Notes under the pieces: generated by a model
Databases searched by the model: none
Told to the model about the DNA's origin: nothing
Seen by the model: only the letters and a program-made list of their open reading frames with translations
Shown here: positions 1-7,547 of the stretch, piece after piece
Position numbering within the stretch: the stretch's first letter is position 1
Layout: each line of letters begins with the position of its first letter
DNA from: Candidatus Saccharimonadota bacterium
Lineage (GTDB): Archaea > Nanohalarchaeota > Nanosalinia > Nanosalinales > Nanosalinaceae
NCBI GenBank assembly: GCA_001761425.1
Contig: CP012986.1
Coordinates: 600,001-632,000, forward strand
Length of the DNA: 32,000 nucleotides
Direction of reading: 5' to 3'
Program-made: the position numbers and the translations under genes

Positions 1-529
1 CTACGAACTCAGATACGTTTGATCGGGAAAGTGAGTTCTCACTGTTTTCAGGGATCTCTGCTGTCATGATTACTGTTGAGTCGGATTTCCTGAGCATTTT
101 GACCAAGTCCTGAAGGTTTCTTCTGACTTCAAATTTGTCGCCCCAGTAAGTGGTGAAGACGCTCATCGAGTCCAGTATCACCCGGTCATAGTCTCCGCTG
201 TGAAGTAACTGTTTAACCTGTCCAGAAAGATACTGGTTTTCAGACGGCTCACTGTACTCCATCCTGAGATCTCCCTCATCCTCATGCTTCCTAAGATCCC
301 ATCCAAATACAACAGCATCATCCCTGATAGCTTCGATAGGCTCCTCAGTAGAAATATACAGACATTTCTGCCCCTTACTGATTCCCTCCATCAAGAACTG
401 GTTACAGAAAGTAGTCTTACCCGTACCTGTACCGCCTGAGATCAAAGTAACAGAACTCTCCGGAAAACCACCGTCAATCAAATCATCAAGGCCTTCAATC
501 CCCGTCGTAATTCTCTCAACTTCAGTCAT
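1..529 (-). CDS. KaiC/RadA-like RecA-superfamily ATPase (partial; C-terminus runs off the window start)
   Basis: Reverse-strand ATG at 529-527. My translation is MTEVERITTGIEGLDDLIDGGFPESSVTLISGGTGTGKTTFCNQFLMEGISKGQKC..., with the KaiC-domain TGIxGLD motif and a Walker A (GGTGTGKT). No stop occurs before position 1. The ORF is absent from the track because it is open-ended. Confidence 0.8.
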   Translation of the reverse strand, partial: MTEVERITTGIEGLDDLIDGGFPESSVTLISGGTGTGKTTFCNQFLMEGISKGQKCLYISTEEPIEAIRDDAVVFGWDLRKHEDEGDLRMEYSEPSENQYLSGQVKQLLHSGDYDRVILDSMSVFTTYWGDKFEVRRNLQDLVKMLRKSDSTVIMTAEIPENSENSLSRSNVSEFV

Positions 530-550
530 AAGCTAGTTTACTACTTCCCT

Positions 551-560
551 GTTTAAATTT
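551..560 (-). promoter_or_regulatory. TATA-like box for the KaiC-like gene
   Basis: gtttaaattt (TTTAAA core) lies about 26 nt upstream of the reverse-strand ATG at 529, the spacing expected for an archaeal leaderless promoter. Confidence 0.4.
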
Positions 561-715
561 CTTACAAAAAAAGACGGCCATTCCAAACCTTTTGAACAGA
601 TAAAATATATCCGGTAGTTGAAAACAAGATTCGATCATATTTGTGGGAGAGGCCGAGGTACTGACTCATCCTTGTTTTCCTCTACTTTTATCTCGGTTAT
701 ACTTCTCTGGCAGAA

Positions 716-725
716 AATTTTAATT
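716..725 (+). promoter_or_regulatory. TATA-like box for the AI-2E permease gene
   Basis: aattttaatt is centred about 28 nt upstream of the ATG at 749. Confidence 0.45.
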
Positions 726-748
726 CATTCATGTTCTAAAACCAGTTC

Positions 749-1750
749 ATGGAGTTTGACCGGCAGAACGCGTTTATCTATTCAGCTACTGTCTTAATCG
801 CGTTCATCTGTTTCCTGATGATATCTCCATACATAGGATACCTTCTCTCAGGCCTTCTACTTGCTTTCGTAACCTATCCTCTGTTCCAGAAGTTTAGAGA
901 AAAACTCGGGCCTCACATCTCCGCCACCCTGGTCCTCGTTGTAACAGTTTTCATGGCGATCCTGCCTTTCCTGATACTTCTCGGAGCCGTCGGAGGAGAC
1001 GCAGCACAGCTTGTCTCAAACATCAATACTACAGAAGGCCTTGAAACCATAGAAACTGCTGAACAGCTAATCACCCGGTACACAGGACAGAACGTCGATC
1101 TCCAGCAGAGAGCAGGAAACCTTGTCGGTCAAGTAGCATCCACACTGCCATCCAGCCTTTCATCTGTTATAGGCCTTGCAGCAGACCTGTCAATAGGTAT
1201 CTCTCTCATGCTCTTCCTGCAATTCTACGCCCTGAAAGACGGTAAAAAAATGATCGACTGGACCAAAAAATTCGACTACATAACAACGGAAAGACAGGAC
1301 ATGCTCTACACATCCACCGCCAGATCGGTATGGTCAGTCGTCAAAGGACACGTCCTCATGGCATTCACACAGGGAATACTCTCAGGCATAGGCCTCTGGA
1401 TCTTCGGAGTACCGAACATCCTGTTCTGGACATTCATGATGATACTGCTCGGATTCATACCCATCGTCGGAGCAGCCCTCATCTGGGCGCCAGCAGCCTT
1501 ATTCCTCATGCTAGAAGGACAGATAACATCAGGAGTCCTACTACTTATCTACGGAACAGTAATAGTAGGAGGAAGCGACAACCTGCTCAGACCCCTCGTA
1601 GTAGACGACGAAGCAGACATACACCCATTCTTCATCCTCATAGGCCTCATAGGAGGAGTAGGCCTCTTCGGACCCGTAGGCCTCTTCCTGGGACCAGTAA
1701 TCTTTGGAATCCTCAAAAACCTCCTCGACATAATCCTTCAAAAACAGTAG
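749..1750 (+). CDS. AI-2E family transporter (PerM/UPF0118-like permease)
   Basis: 333 aa polytopic membrane protein. The length, the TM pattern and the glycine-rich C-terminal helices (LIGLIGGVGLFGPVGLFLGPVIFG) are typical of AI-2E/PerM permeases. Confidence 0.85.
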   Translation: MEFDRQNAFIYSATVLIAFICFLMISPYIGYLLSGLLLAFVTYPLFQKFREKLGPHISATLVLVVTVFMAILPFLILLGAVGGDAAQLVSNINTTEGLETIETAEQLITRYTGQNVDLQQRAGNLVGQVASTLPSSLSSVIGLAADLSIGISLMLFLQFYALKDGKKMIDWTKKFDYITTERQDMLYTSTARSVWSVVKGHVLMAFTQGILSGIGLWIFGVPNILFWTFMMILLGFIPIVGAALIWAPAALFLMLEGQITSGVLLLIYGTVIVGGSDNLLRPLVVDDEADIHPFFILIGLIGGVGLFGPVGLFLGPVIFGILKNLLDIILQKQ

Positions 1751-1859
1751 ATCCCCCCAGAACACGAAAAAACCTCATGGTAAAGGCCTCCACAACTTCG
1801 AGCGCAACATTTATAAATGCCGGATCGTAAAGAATAAATATGAGTCACGCAGCACACAC

Positions 1860-2235
1860 CGCAACAAGCGGAACGCACCTGTCAACCAATCGCTGTGTGA
1901 CCTTTATCTATCAAGTGTTTTCCATTCCGAATATCCTGTATAACTGATACAGGATAAGTAGGTTGGGACGACCTGGCCTGGCTCACAACTCAGTGGGCCC
2001 CGGGCAAAAGGACTCAACCGAAAAACGTCGGACATCAACTTCCGAACAAGAATTCCAACACTAAACAAACAACATACCAACACAGCAACAGCTACATCGC
2101 TTCGAACACACAAAGGCCTCCGACTGACGGATGCGAAAACACAAAACAAGCACAGAAAACTTCAAACCAAAGGTGATTGCCAGAACACACGCCATAAACG
2201 CGTAAACAACCATAAATCTTCCCTTTATTTTTTCA
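1860..2235 (+). ncRNA. Candidate structured ncRNA, locus A (unknown family)
   Basis: About 560 bp without a credible ORF. Elements in order: TATA-like aataaatatg (1832-1841), CAGCACACA (1850-1858), hairpin cctgtat/atacagg (1935-1953), and a conserved core at 1958-1997 shared with 3468-3509. An A/C-rich tail follows, ending in the T-run tttatttttt (2225-2234). Strand and ends are approximate. Confidence 0.3.
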
Positions 2236-2323
2236 TCTCTCACACTTTTCAACTATTTCTTACCTGGATTTTTGAAGGCCTTTTTCCTCCTGTTTTTAAG
2301 TTTCGGAACCTGGTTTGTATTCG

Positions 2324-2602
2324 ATGGCTGAGGATGAGATGTCCCGTTCTGAACGGGAGAACCTGCATAAATGGGGCAAGGCCCGCAGAATGATTGATGA
2401 GAACAAACTCGATCTGAAATCGCGTTCCAGGGACAGGTATCAGTACGAGGTCGAGGGAGATACTGACACGTATACTGTAGGAGTGGATATTGATTCCGGG
2501 AAGACTTTCTGTCCATGCCCTTTCCAGGGTGAGACATGTTCCCACCAGATTGCGGTGCATATCCATCTTTCAGGGATAGGCGTAGAGAAGGAAAGCTACT
2601 AG
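2324..2602 (+). CDS. SWIM zinc-finger domain protein (small)
   Basis: Contains CPCPFQGETCSH, which fits the CxCxnCxH SWIM signature. The track ORF starts at TTG 2315. The ATG at 2324 is preferred because it lies about 27 nt downstream of gtttttaag. Confidence 0.6.
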   Translation: MAEDEMSRSERENLHKWGKARRMIDENKLDLKSRSRDRYQYEVEGDTDTYTVGVDIDSGKTFCPCPFQGETCSHQIAVHIHLSGIGVEKESY

Positions 2603-2652
2603 AAACAATTTGAAAGATCTTTTTAGACAAGTTTCTGTTCTTTCCCGAGTGA

Positions 2653-2660
2653 GTTTTAAA
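2653..2660 (+). promoter_or_regulatory. TATA-like box for the DUF502 gene
   Basis: gttttaaa lies about 28 nt upstream of the ATG at 2685. Confidence 0.45.
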
Positions 2661-2684
2661 CAGGAACAGGTTAAGTTATAGTTT

Positions 2685-3338
2685 ATGAGCAGGATTCAGG
2701 TTCTGAGGGAAAGCTTCCGCACAGGCCTTGTGATGCTCCTGCCGTTGCTTATCTCGATTATTGTGGTGAAGTTCCTGGCCGATCAGCTATTTCTTCTGGT
2801 AAATCCTCTAGTCAGAAGCACCAATCTAGCTGCCTATACAGGTAATATAGAGATAATAGCCCAGGCAGCGACCATCATTCTTGTAGTCGCAGCGATAACT
2901 TTCGCTGGCTACATCTCAAGCTACAGGGCCTCCGAGAGACTTTCAAAGAAGCTGGAGAAACTGGTCAAAGAAATACCTGTCTTCGGATCAGTCTACGCAA
3001 CAGTTGACAGGATAAGCGAATCATTCACAGGCGACAGCAAATTCAAAAAAATCGTCCTTGTCGAAATACCCTACGAAGAGGTCTACTCTCTAGGCCTTGT
3101 CACCTCAGAGGCACCTGAGCCGGTCAAGGAAGAGATAGGCGAAGACTACCAGTCGGTCTACCTACCTTACAGTCCTAACCCGACGATGGGAAGGCTCAGA
3201 ATGGTAAAGGAGGAAAAACTCCACGAAGTAGATATGAAAGTATCACAGGGAATGAAACTACTCCTCACAACAGGCATCACCTACCAACAGGAAGAAATGG
3301 AAGAAGAATTCGGAGACATCAGCGATAAACTCAAGTAA
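2685..3338 (+). CDS. DUF502 family membrane protein
   Basis: Two N-terminal TM helices, followed by the pattern EIPVFGSVY...KIVLVEIP...VYLPYSPNPTMGRLRMV that is characteristic of DUF502. Confidence 0.8.
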   Translation: MSRIQVLRESFRTGLVMLLPLLISIIVVKFLADQLFLLVNPLVRSTNLAAYTGNIEIIAQAATIILVVAAITFAGYISSYRASERLSKKLEKLVKEIPVFGSVYATVDRISESFTGDSKFKKIVLVEIPYEEVYSLGLVTSEAPEPVKEEIGEDYQSVYLPYSPNPTMGRLRMVKEEKLHEVDMKVSQGMKLLLTTGITYQQEEMEEEFGDISDKLK

Positions 3339-3379
3339 ACAGAGAAAAATATATAATACACAGCACACAAATACTTGGT

Positions 3380-3550
3380 TATGTTCAAGGCCCTCAAACG
3401 GTGTAACAGTATCTTCTCGAAGGCCTTAAATTCTATTTCCATGCTGACCAGTATTTCATCGAGGTCAGTAGGCTGGGAAAACCTGGCTTTTCCACTCCAA
3501 CTCAGGAGGAAAAGAACAGGACCCGGCCGAAACAGGAAAACTTTTTCTCT
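3380..3550 (+). ncRNA. Candidate structured ncRNA, locus B (related to locus A)
   Basis: Elements in order: TATA-like aatatataa (3349-3357), CAGCACACA (3361-3369), hairpin tgacc/ggtca (3445-3467), conserved core 3468-3509, and T-run ctttttctct (3541-3550). The 61-aa track ORF at 3375-3560 has no coding character. Confidence 0.3.
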
Positions 3551-3667
3551 GTACGTGTGAAGGCCTTTAACATCTGGAACTCCTACAATTTTCCTAAAAG
3601 CAGCTTCAACTTTATCTATACTGATTCAAACCGGTTTACAGCAAGTTTTATAACTTTATAACCCTAT

Positions 3668-4234
3668 TTGTATGCTGTGATTGACGAAGACGACCTTGGA
3701 GATCTTGAGACAATGCTTGAAAACAGTAAGCTTGATGTGGAGGATCAGGTTCGGAGAGCTGTTAACGAGGATTCCGATGGAACTATATCCGGAAACATGA
3801 ACCTGTACCACGGTATGCTCTCTGATTCAAGGAGCCAGGTAGAGAATCATCCGCGTCTCCTCGTCTACGCACACAGTCCCGGGTTCGAGGCCTACGAAAC
3901 TGGCATGGCACAGTTAACTGGCAGAAGGCCTGATGACGAGATAACTCCTCTGAGGAAAGGCAAACAGACCTACAGGAAGGACAGCGAAGTGAACACTGAT
4001 TACATCCCTTTGGAGGTTCTTCCGGAGGAGGCTATGCCTATTGGAGCGGTCTATCAGGGTGAAGAGGTTCCTGAACTAATTTTGGAGCATGAAGAACTTG
4101 AAATGCAGAAAGGCAGACAGGTAACTTTCCAGGTACATCCTTACGATCCTGGAGATATCACCGGCGCGAACTGGCAGGAAAACATCCAGAACTACGACGG
4201 AGACGAGGTCAACTTCTTCGGAACAGGCAGTTAA
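3668..4234 (+). CDS. Hypothetical acidic protein
   Basis: 188-aa ORF with the acidic composition seen in the other genes. TATA-like ttttataa/tttataac lies at 3646-3662. The start is uncertain: TTG at 3668 or GTG at 3677. No motif recognised. Confidence 0.6.
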   Translation: MYAVIDEDDLGDLETMLENSKLDVEDQVRRAVNEDSDGTISGNMNLYHGMLSDSRSQVENHPRLLVYAHSPGFEAYETGMAQLTGRRPDDEITPLRKGKQTYRKDSEVNTDYIPLEVLPEEAMPIGAVYQGEEVPELILEHEELEMQKGRQVTFQVHPYDPGDITGANWQENIQNYDGDEVNFFGTGS

Positions 4235-4270
4235 CCGTAGAAAGGCCTTTTCCTTCTCCATATTTCTTAG

Positions 4271-4279
4271 ATATAAAAC
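4271..4279 (+). promoter_or_regulatory. TATA-like box
   Basis: atataaaac lies about 30 nt upstream of the ATG at 4305. Confidence 0.4.
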
Positions 4280-4304
4280 TTTTCAATTATAGTTTCTGCT
4301 TTCC

Positions 4305-4925
4305 ATGAATCCGATTGAGGGCTTTGTAGAACGCTCCCATAGCCCTGAGAAAAGAGAGGATGAAAGAATAATAGAGGAAAGCAAACAGTTAAACGAGGAT
4401 GGGAACAGGAAAGTCTATAGAGGCCTCAGAAATGATTATCTGGTGCCTCAAAGGAAGAAAGATGAGATCAGACAGGTCTACAGGGATCTCAACGGTTCTG
4501 CCCGCGTTGTAGACATCTGGATCTTCACAGATGGTGAGCAGGACCTCGTGAAGAAAGACGACGTCCCGCAGAGTTTCGAGGACGCACTGGAAGAATACGG
4601 CCTGGACCACGTAGTCAGGGAATCGGTAGAGGTTTTCGAGAGCTTTGCTGAAAACGGTTATACGTACTGCGATCTATCGCCGGATAACGTAAGATTCCAG
4701 GACGGGAAGGCCCTGGCGATAGATTATCTAGATGAGGAAGCAGTTGAACCCCTAGAAGATAACGAAGAATTCTCCGCAGCAATGACATATCACCTTTTCA
4801 CAGAAGAACTGGCGGAGATAGCTGAACAGGACCGGGAAACAATTGAGAGAAAGATAGGCCGGTACTCAAAACATCTGGACGCAGAAGAATACACAGGCAA
4901 CCCTTTGATCGATTTTACTTTCTAG
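4305..4925 (+). CDS. Hypothetical protein, possible minimal RIO/Bud32-type kinase-like fold
   Basis: 206 aa. YTYCDLSPDNVRFQDGKALAIDYLD resembles a kinase catalytic loop (xDLxxxN) followed by a DFG-equivalent (IDY). The functional call is weak. Confidence 0.55.
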   Translation: MNPIEGFVERSHSPEKREDERIIEESKQLNEDGNRKVYRGLRNDYLVPQRKKDEIRQVYRDLNGSARVVDIWIFTDGEQDLVKKDDVPQSFEDALEEYGLDHVVRESVEVFESFAENGYTYCDLSPDNVRFQDGKALAIDYLDEEAVEPLEDNEEFSAAMTYHLFTEELAEIAEQDRETIERKIGRYSKHLDAEEYTGNPLIDFTF

Positions 4926-5244
4926 CCGGTCTGAACGAAATCCTGTAAAATCCTCGGTCATAACCTTTAACCGAGCGATCAGATACTCCATCAACCGGAC
5001 TTGAATCACGGTACTTCTTTTCCGGTTTCACAACCCACTCCCAGCTCTCCATAACACCTTCCTTTCGAGCATCCTCAAGAACAGACCTGACCTCCTGGGA
5101 AATCCTCCTGAGGTCCCCGGAGATCTCTACCACATCAGAACCGGATACAGGCCTGGAAAAAAGCTCTACACGCAGACTACCAGAAAACCGCCTAACAGCC
5201 TTCACACCTTCAAGGCCTTTCAGTTCGCCAACGACCTTCTCCAT
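4915..5244 (-). CDS. Hypothetical protein
   Basis: 109-aa ORF. On the reverse strand, ttttttatc lies about 30 nt upstream of its ATG. Its end overlaps the convergent gene by 11 nt. No motif recognised. Confidence 0.5.
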   Translation of the reverse strand: MEKVVGELKGLEGVKAVRRFSGSLRVELFSRPVSGSDVVEISGDLRRISQEVRSVLEDARKEGVMESWEWVVKPEKKYRDSSPVDGVSDRSVKGYDRGFYRISFRPARK

Positions 5245-5351
5245 GAACCAGTTTTAGACAACAACCGATAAAAAACACGCAAAGAGGTATATACAGTGAA
5301 AAGGCCTTCAGGATGAACTCTGGAAATTTTTTTCTGTAGACTCTGGTTTTG

Positions 5352-6803
5352 CTAGAGTTTTTCTCCTAGGACTGTTTCCTCTTCTAGGAGTGTGTCTACA
5401 GTCCTGTCGAATTCTCCGCTCTGTTCTTTTTCTTCCAGGATCTGGTCGGCTTTCTGCAGGGCTGCTACTTTAACTGCGGACTGGCCTACAGGCAGTTGAC
5501 CTCTTTCTGCGGAGTTAAGTATGTTGAGACTTTCCATGAGTTCTGCGAGCTTGTCTTGATCCTCTGAGAGGTTCTGCATAAGGTCATTGAGTTCGCTCCT
5601 GTCTACCATCGATTCTATGTTAGGTTCTGTTTCCTCGTCCACGAAGTTATGATAGAAGGTATCTATATCCATGACTTCTTCCATCTGTTCTGTTAGGCTG
5701 TCTGCCTTCTTGAGATCTCCGCTCAGGCCTCCCATAGGATCGTATCCCTTCCTCTTCTCGGCTACGTAACCTGCCAGCATTGTCGCTGCGTATTCGAGGC
5801 CTTTGTCAAAGTCCATGCCTGTGCCTGGATTTACAAGGTATGTTTGGCCAAGTGATTCGATCTGCGGTTCGATAGTTACAATCGGTGTTCCGATTCCTAC
5901 TTCGCTGGCTACGTGATAATGCCCGGCTTCGTGTACGGCAGTTTTCTCTCTTTCCTCCTTGCTCCGGGTGACATCGTTTTTCTGTTTCAGCCGATCCTGT
6001 ACCAGCTCCTGAGCCAGGTCTTCTGTGGTCACCTCTAGGTCTGATCCATCAGTGTCCATTTCCTTTCTCATCAATGCGTTGGTATAGGCCTGGTTCACAA
6101 GGGCCTCTATATCTGCGGGTGTTGCCCGATCGTTGAACATCATGGCCAGTGATTCTGCATCTACATCATGTTCATCGTATTTCCTGTCTACATAATGCTG
6201 GATTAGATGTTCACGCTGTTCCTGAGACGGTGTTGAGAAGTGATAATCTTCCAGACGGCCCTTTCTGAACAGCGCTCTATCCGAATCATTTGAACGAGAA
6301 GGTATCTCGTTAGCTGTGCCCATGAAAAAGACTCCAGGAGAACTCGAACCTCCTGCACCTGAAAGTTGCTGCATGAGCTTGGTAGCCTGATCGCTCTTGC
6401 TACGTCCATTAAGATCAAACACGTCATCGAACTCATCCTGAAACAGCAAAACAGGATTACCGGTCTCCTCAAAATACTCTGTCGCAGCACTATATACATC
6501 ATCCACCTCATTCGTCGGACTCCGGTCATTCCAGTCAAACTGTTGTGCATCTACAAAGGCAGCATCAGCCTCAGTAGCTGCATACCTCGACATCATGGTC
6601 TTTCCAGTACCACGTTTACCGACAAAGACAACGCCAGAAGGAAACTCCGCTCCCTGATCCTCAAAATACTCCAGATTATTAATATAGGTAGCCAACTTAT
6701 CAACAAAACCTTTAGTATGATCAAGGCCTACTATATCATCCGCTCTAACCTCCTCATAATCCGATTCCTCCAGAGGATCAGGCAGATCATAACCATCAGT
6801 CAT
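5352..6803 (-). CDS. FtsH-like AAA+ ATPase fused to an M41-type zinc metalloprotease, with no transmembrane region
   Basis: Motifs read from the translation: Walker A GKRGTGKT, Walker B LLFQDEFDD, an SRH-like TANEIPSRS..RALFRKGRLEDY, then TAVHEAGHYHV (HEXXH) and LAGYVAEK...LSGDLKKA. These follow the FtsH order. There is no hydrophobic N-terminus. Confidence 0.85.
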   Translation of the reverse strand: MTDGYDLPDPLEESDYEEVRADDIVGLDHTKGFVDKLATYINNLEYFEDQGAEFPSGVVFVGKRGTGKTMMSRYAATEADAAFVDAQQFDWNDRSPTNEVDDVYSAATEYFEETGNPVLLFQDEFDDVFDLNGRSKSDQATKLMQQLSGAGGSSSPGVFFMGTANEIPSRSNDSDRALFRKGRLEDYHFSTPSQEQREHLIQHYVDRKYDEHDVDAESLAMMFNDRATPADIEALVNQAYTNALMRKEMDTDGSDLEVTTEDLAQELVQDRLKQKNDVTRSKEEREKTAVHEAGHYHVASEVGIGTPIVTIEPQIESLGQTYLVNPGTGMDFDKGLEYAATMLAGYVAEKRKGYDPMGGLSGDLKKADSLTEQMEEVMDIDTFYHNFVDEETEPNIESMVDRSELNDLMQNLSEDQDKLAELMESLNILNSAERGQLPVGQSAVKVAALQKADQILEEKEQSGEFDRTVDTLLEEETVLGEKL

Positions 6804-6840
6804 ATGTTGTTACTTAACAGTAACACTTAAGTAGTTGTCG

Positions 6841-7410
6841 TTATTTCGTATCAAGAATAAGTTCTGTCCTGTTCTTCAGCCTCCACTGAACGCTGTCACC
6901 TTCTTCCAGCTTCACGATCGCTGACAGTGTCTCCGGGATCTGAACCTTCTTGAAACCATCTTTCCCATCCTGGACTGAGGCCTCTCCAGCTCTATCGGAG
7001 GATCTGAAGCTGTAGGCCTCGATATTCTCCGCATCCATTTTATCCGTCACTTTTTCGTTTGAGTCAGTGAAAAGGATTTCTGTCCTGATCTCTCTGAAAT
7101 CTTTCAGCCATTTTAACTGGCTGTGCCTCAAGCCATCGCCCTCTCCTTTGACCTCTACGAAGCAGTAATCTCCGTTGTCGTCAAAAGCCAGGAAATCCGG
7201 TATGCCAGGCCTGAAAACGTTTCCAAGATCTTCAACTCCTTCCCTTCTGACTTTTTCGCTTACCAGGTCACAGGCCTTCGGAAACTTTTCCTGGAAATCC
7301 TCCATAACACCTGGACTGGTCCGTATTACATTGTCCCAGTTACTTTCCAGTACTTCTCTGGCAGCCTTTTCTGTCGGTGTCAGACCTGGTTTTTCCTCGA
7401 AAGGTATCAT
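6841..7410 (-). CDS. VRR-NUC (PD-(D/E)xK) nuclease fused to a C-terminal AbrB/SpoVT-like domain
   Basis: PGIPDFLAFDDNGDYCFVEVKGEGDGLRHSQLKWL matches the VRR-NUC core (PD...EVK...Q..W). The C-terminus KKVQIPETLSAIVKLEEGDSVQWRLKNRTELIL looks like an AbrB/SpoVT swapped-hairpin domain. Confidence 0.8.
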   Translation of the reverse strand: MIPFEEKPGLTPTEKAAREVLESNWDNVIRTSPGVMEDFQEKFPKACDLVSEKVRREGVEDLGNVFRPGIPDFLAFDDNGDYCFVEVKGEGDGLRHSQLKWLKDFREIRTEILFTDSNEKVTDKMDAENIEAYSFRSSDRAGEASVQDGKDGFKKVQIPETLSAIVKLEEGDSVQWRLKNRTELILDTK

Positions 7411-7547
7411 AAACAGTTACCGGGTTCCGATCTTTTTATCTGCTAAAACCTCTGTAGAATAATAACTGGAACCGAAAAATAATACACTGAGAGGAATCCG
7501 AGGAAAAGAAGAATAAACCTGGAGGAGGGATCTGAGGCCTTAATTTT

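Noticed and set aside
1330-1830. 166-aa alternative-frame ORF inside the AI-2E permease gene, plus the small antisense ORFs at 1306-1509, 1541-1765 and 1549-1731
   Set aside because: It is Arg/Pro/His-rich low-complexity translation that overlaps a well-supported membrane protein frame. This is typical of spurious out-of-frame ORFs.
1832-2235. Identification of locus A as RNase P RNA or SRP RNA
   Set aside because: ACAGAAAAC at about 2151 resembles the RNase P P4 3' strand, and gccaggcc on the minus strand resembles part of SRP helix 5/8. However, I find no GGAAAGUCC-type P4 5' strand and no GGAA/AGCA helix-8 motifs. I make no assignment.
1904-2252. Minus-strand ORFs 1904-2149 and 2061-2252 in the long intergenic region
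   Set aside because: They are Cys/Val/Phe-rich peptides produced by reading the complement of an A/C-rich tract. They have no start context and no resemblance to the acidic proteome. The region is better explained as non-coding (ncRNA locus A).
2249-2630. Minus-strand ORFs 2249-2566 and 2253-2630, antisense to the SWIM gene
   Set aside because: They have no recognisable motifs and a basic, Ser/Pro-rich composition. The plus-strand frame carries a clean CxCxnCxH SWIM signature and a correctly spaced TATA box.
3375-3560. 61-aa ORF in the intergenic region after the DUF502 gene
   Set aside because: Its basic, Ser/Arg-rich composition is unlike every supported protein here. The region shares non-coding sequence motifs with locus A.
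6366-6830. 154-aa ORF antisense to the FtsH-like gene, and the alternative-frame ORF at 6203-6550
   Set aside because: It is Ile/Leu/Lys-rich antisense translation of an acidic gene, overlaps a strongly supported CDS, and has no motifs.
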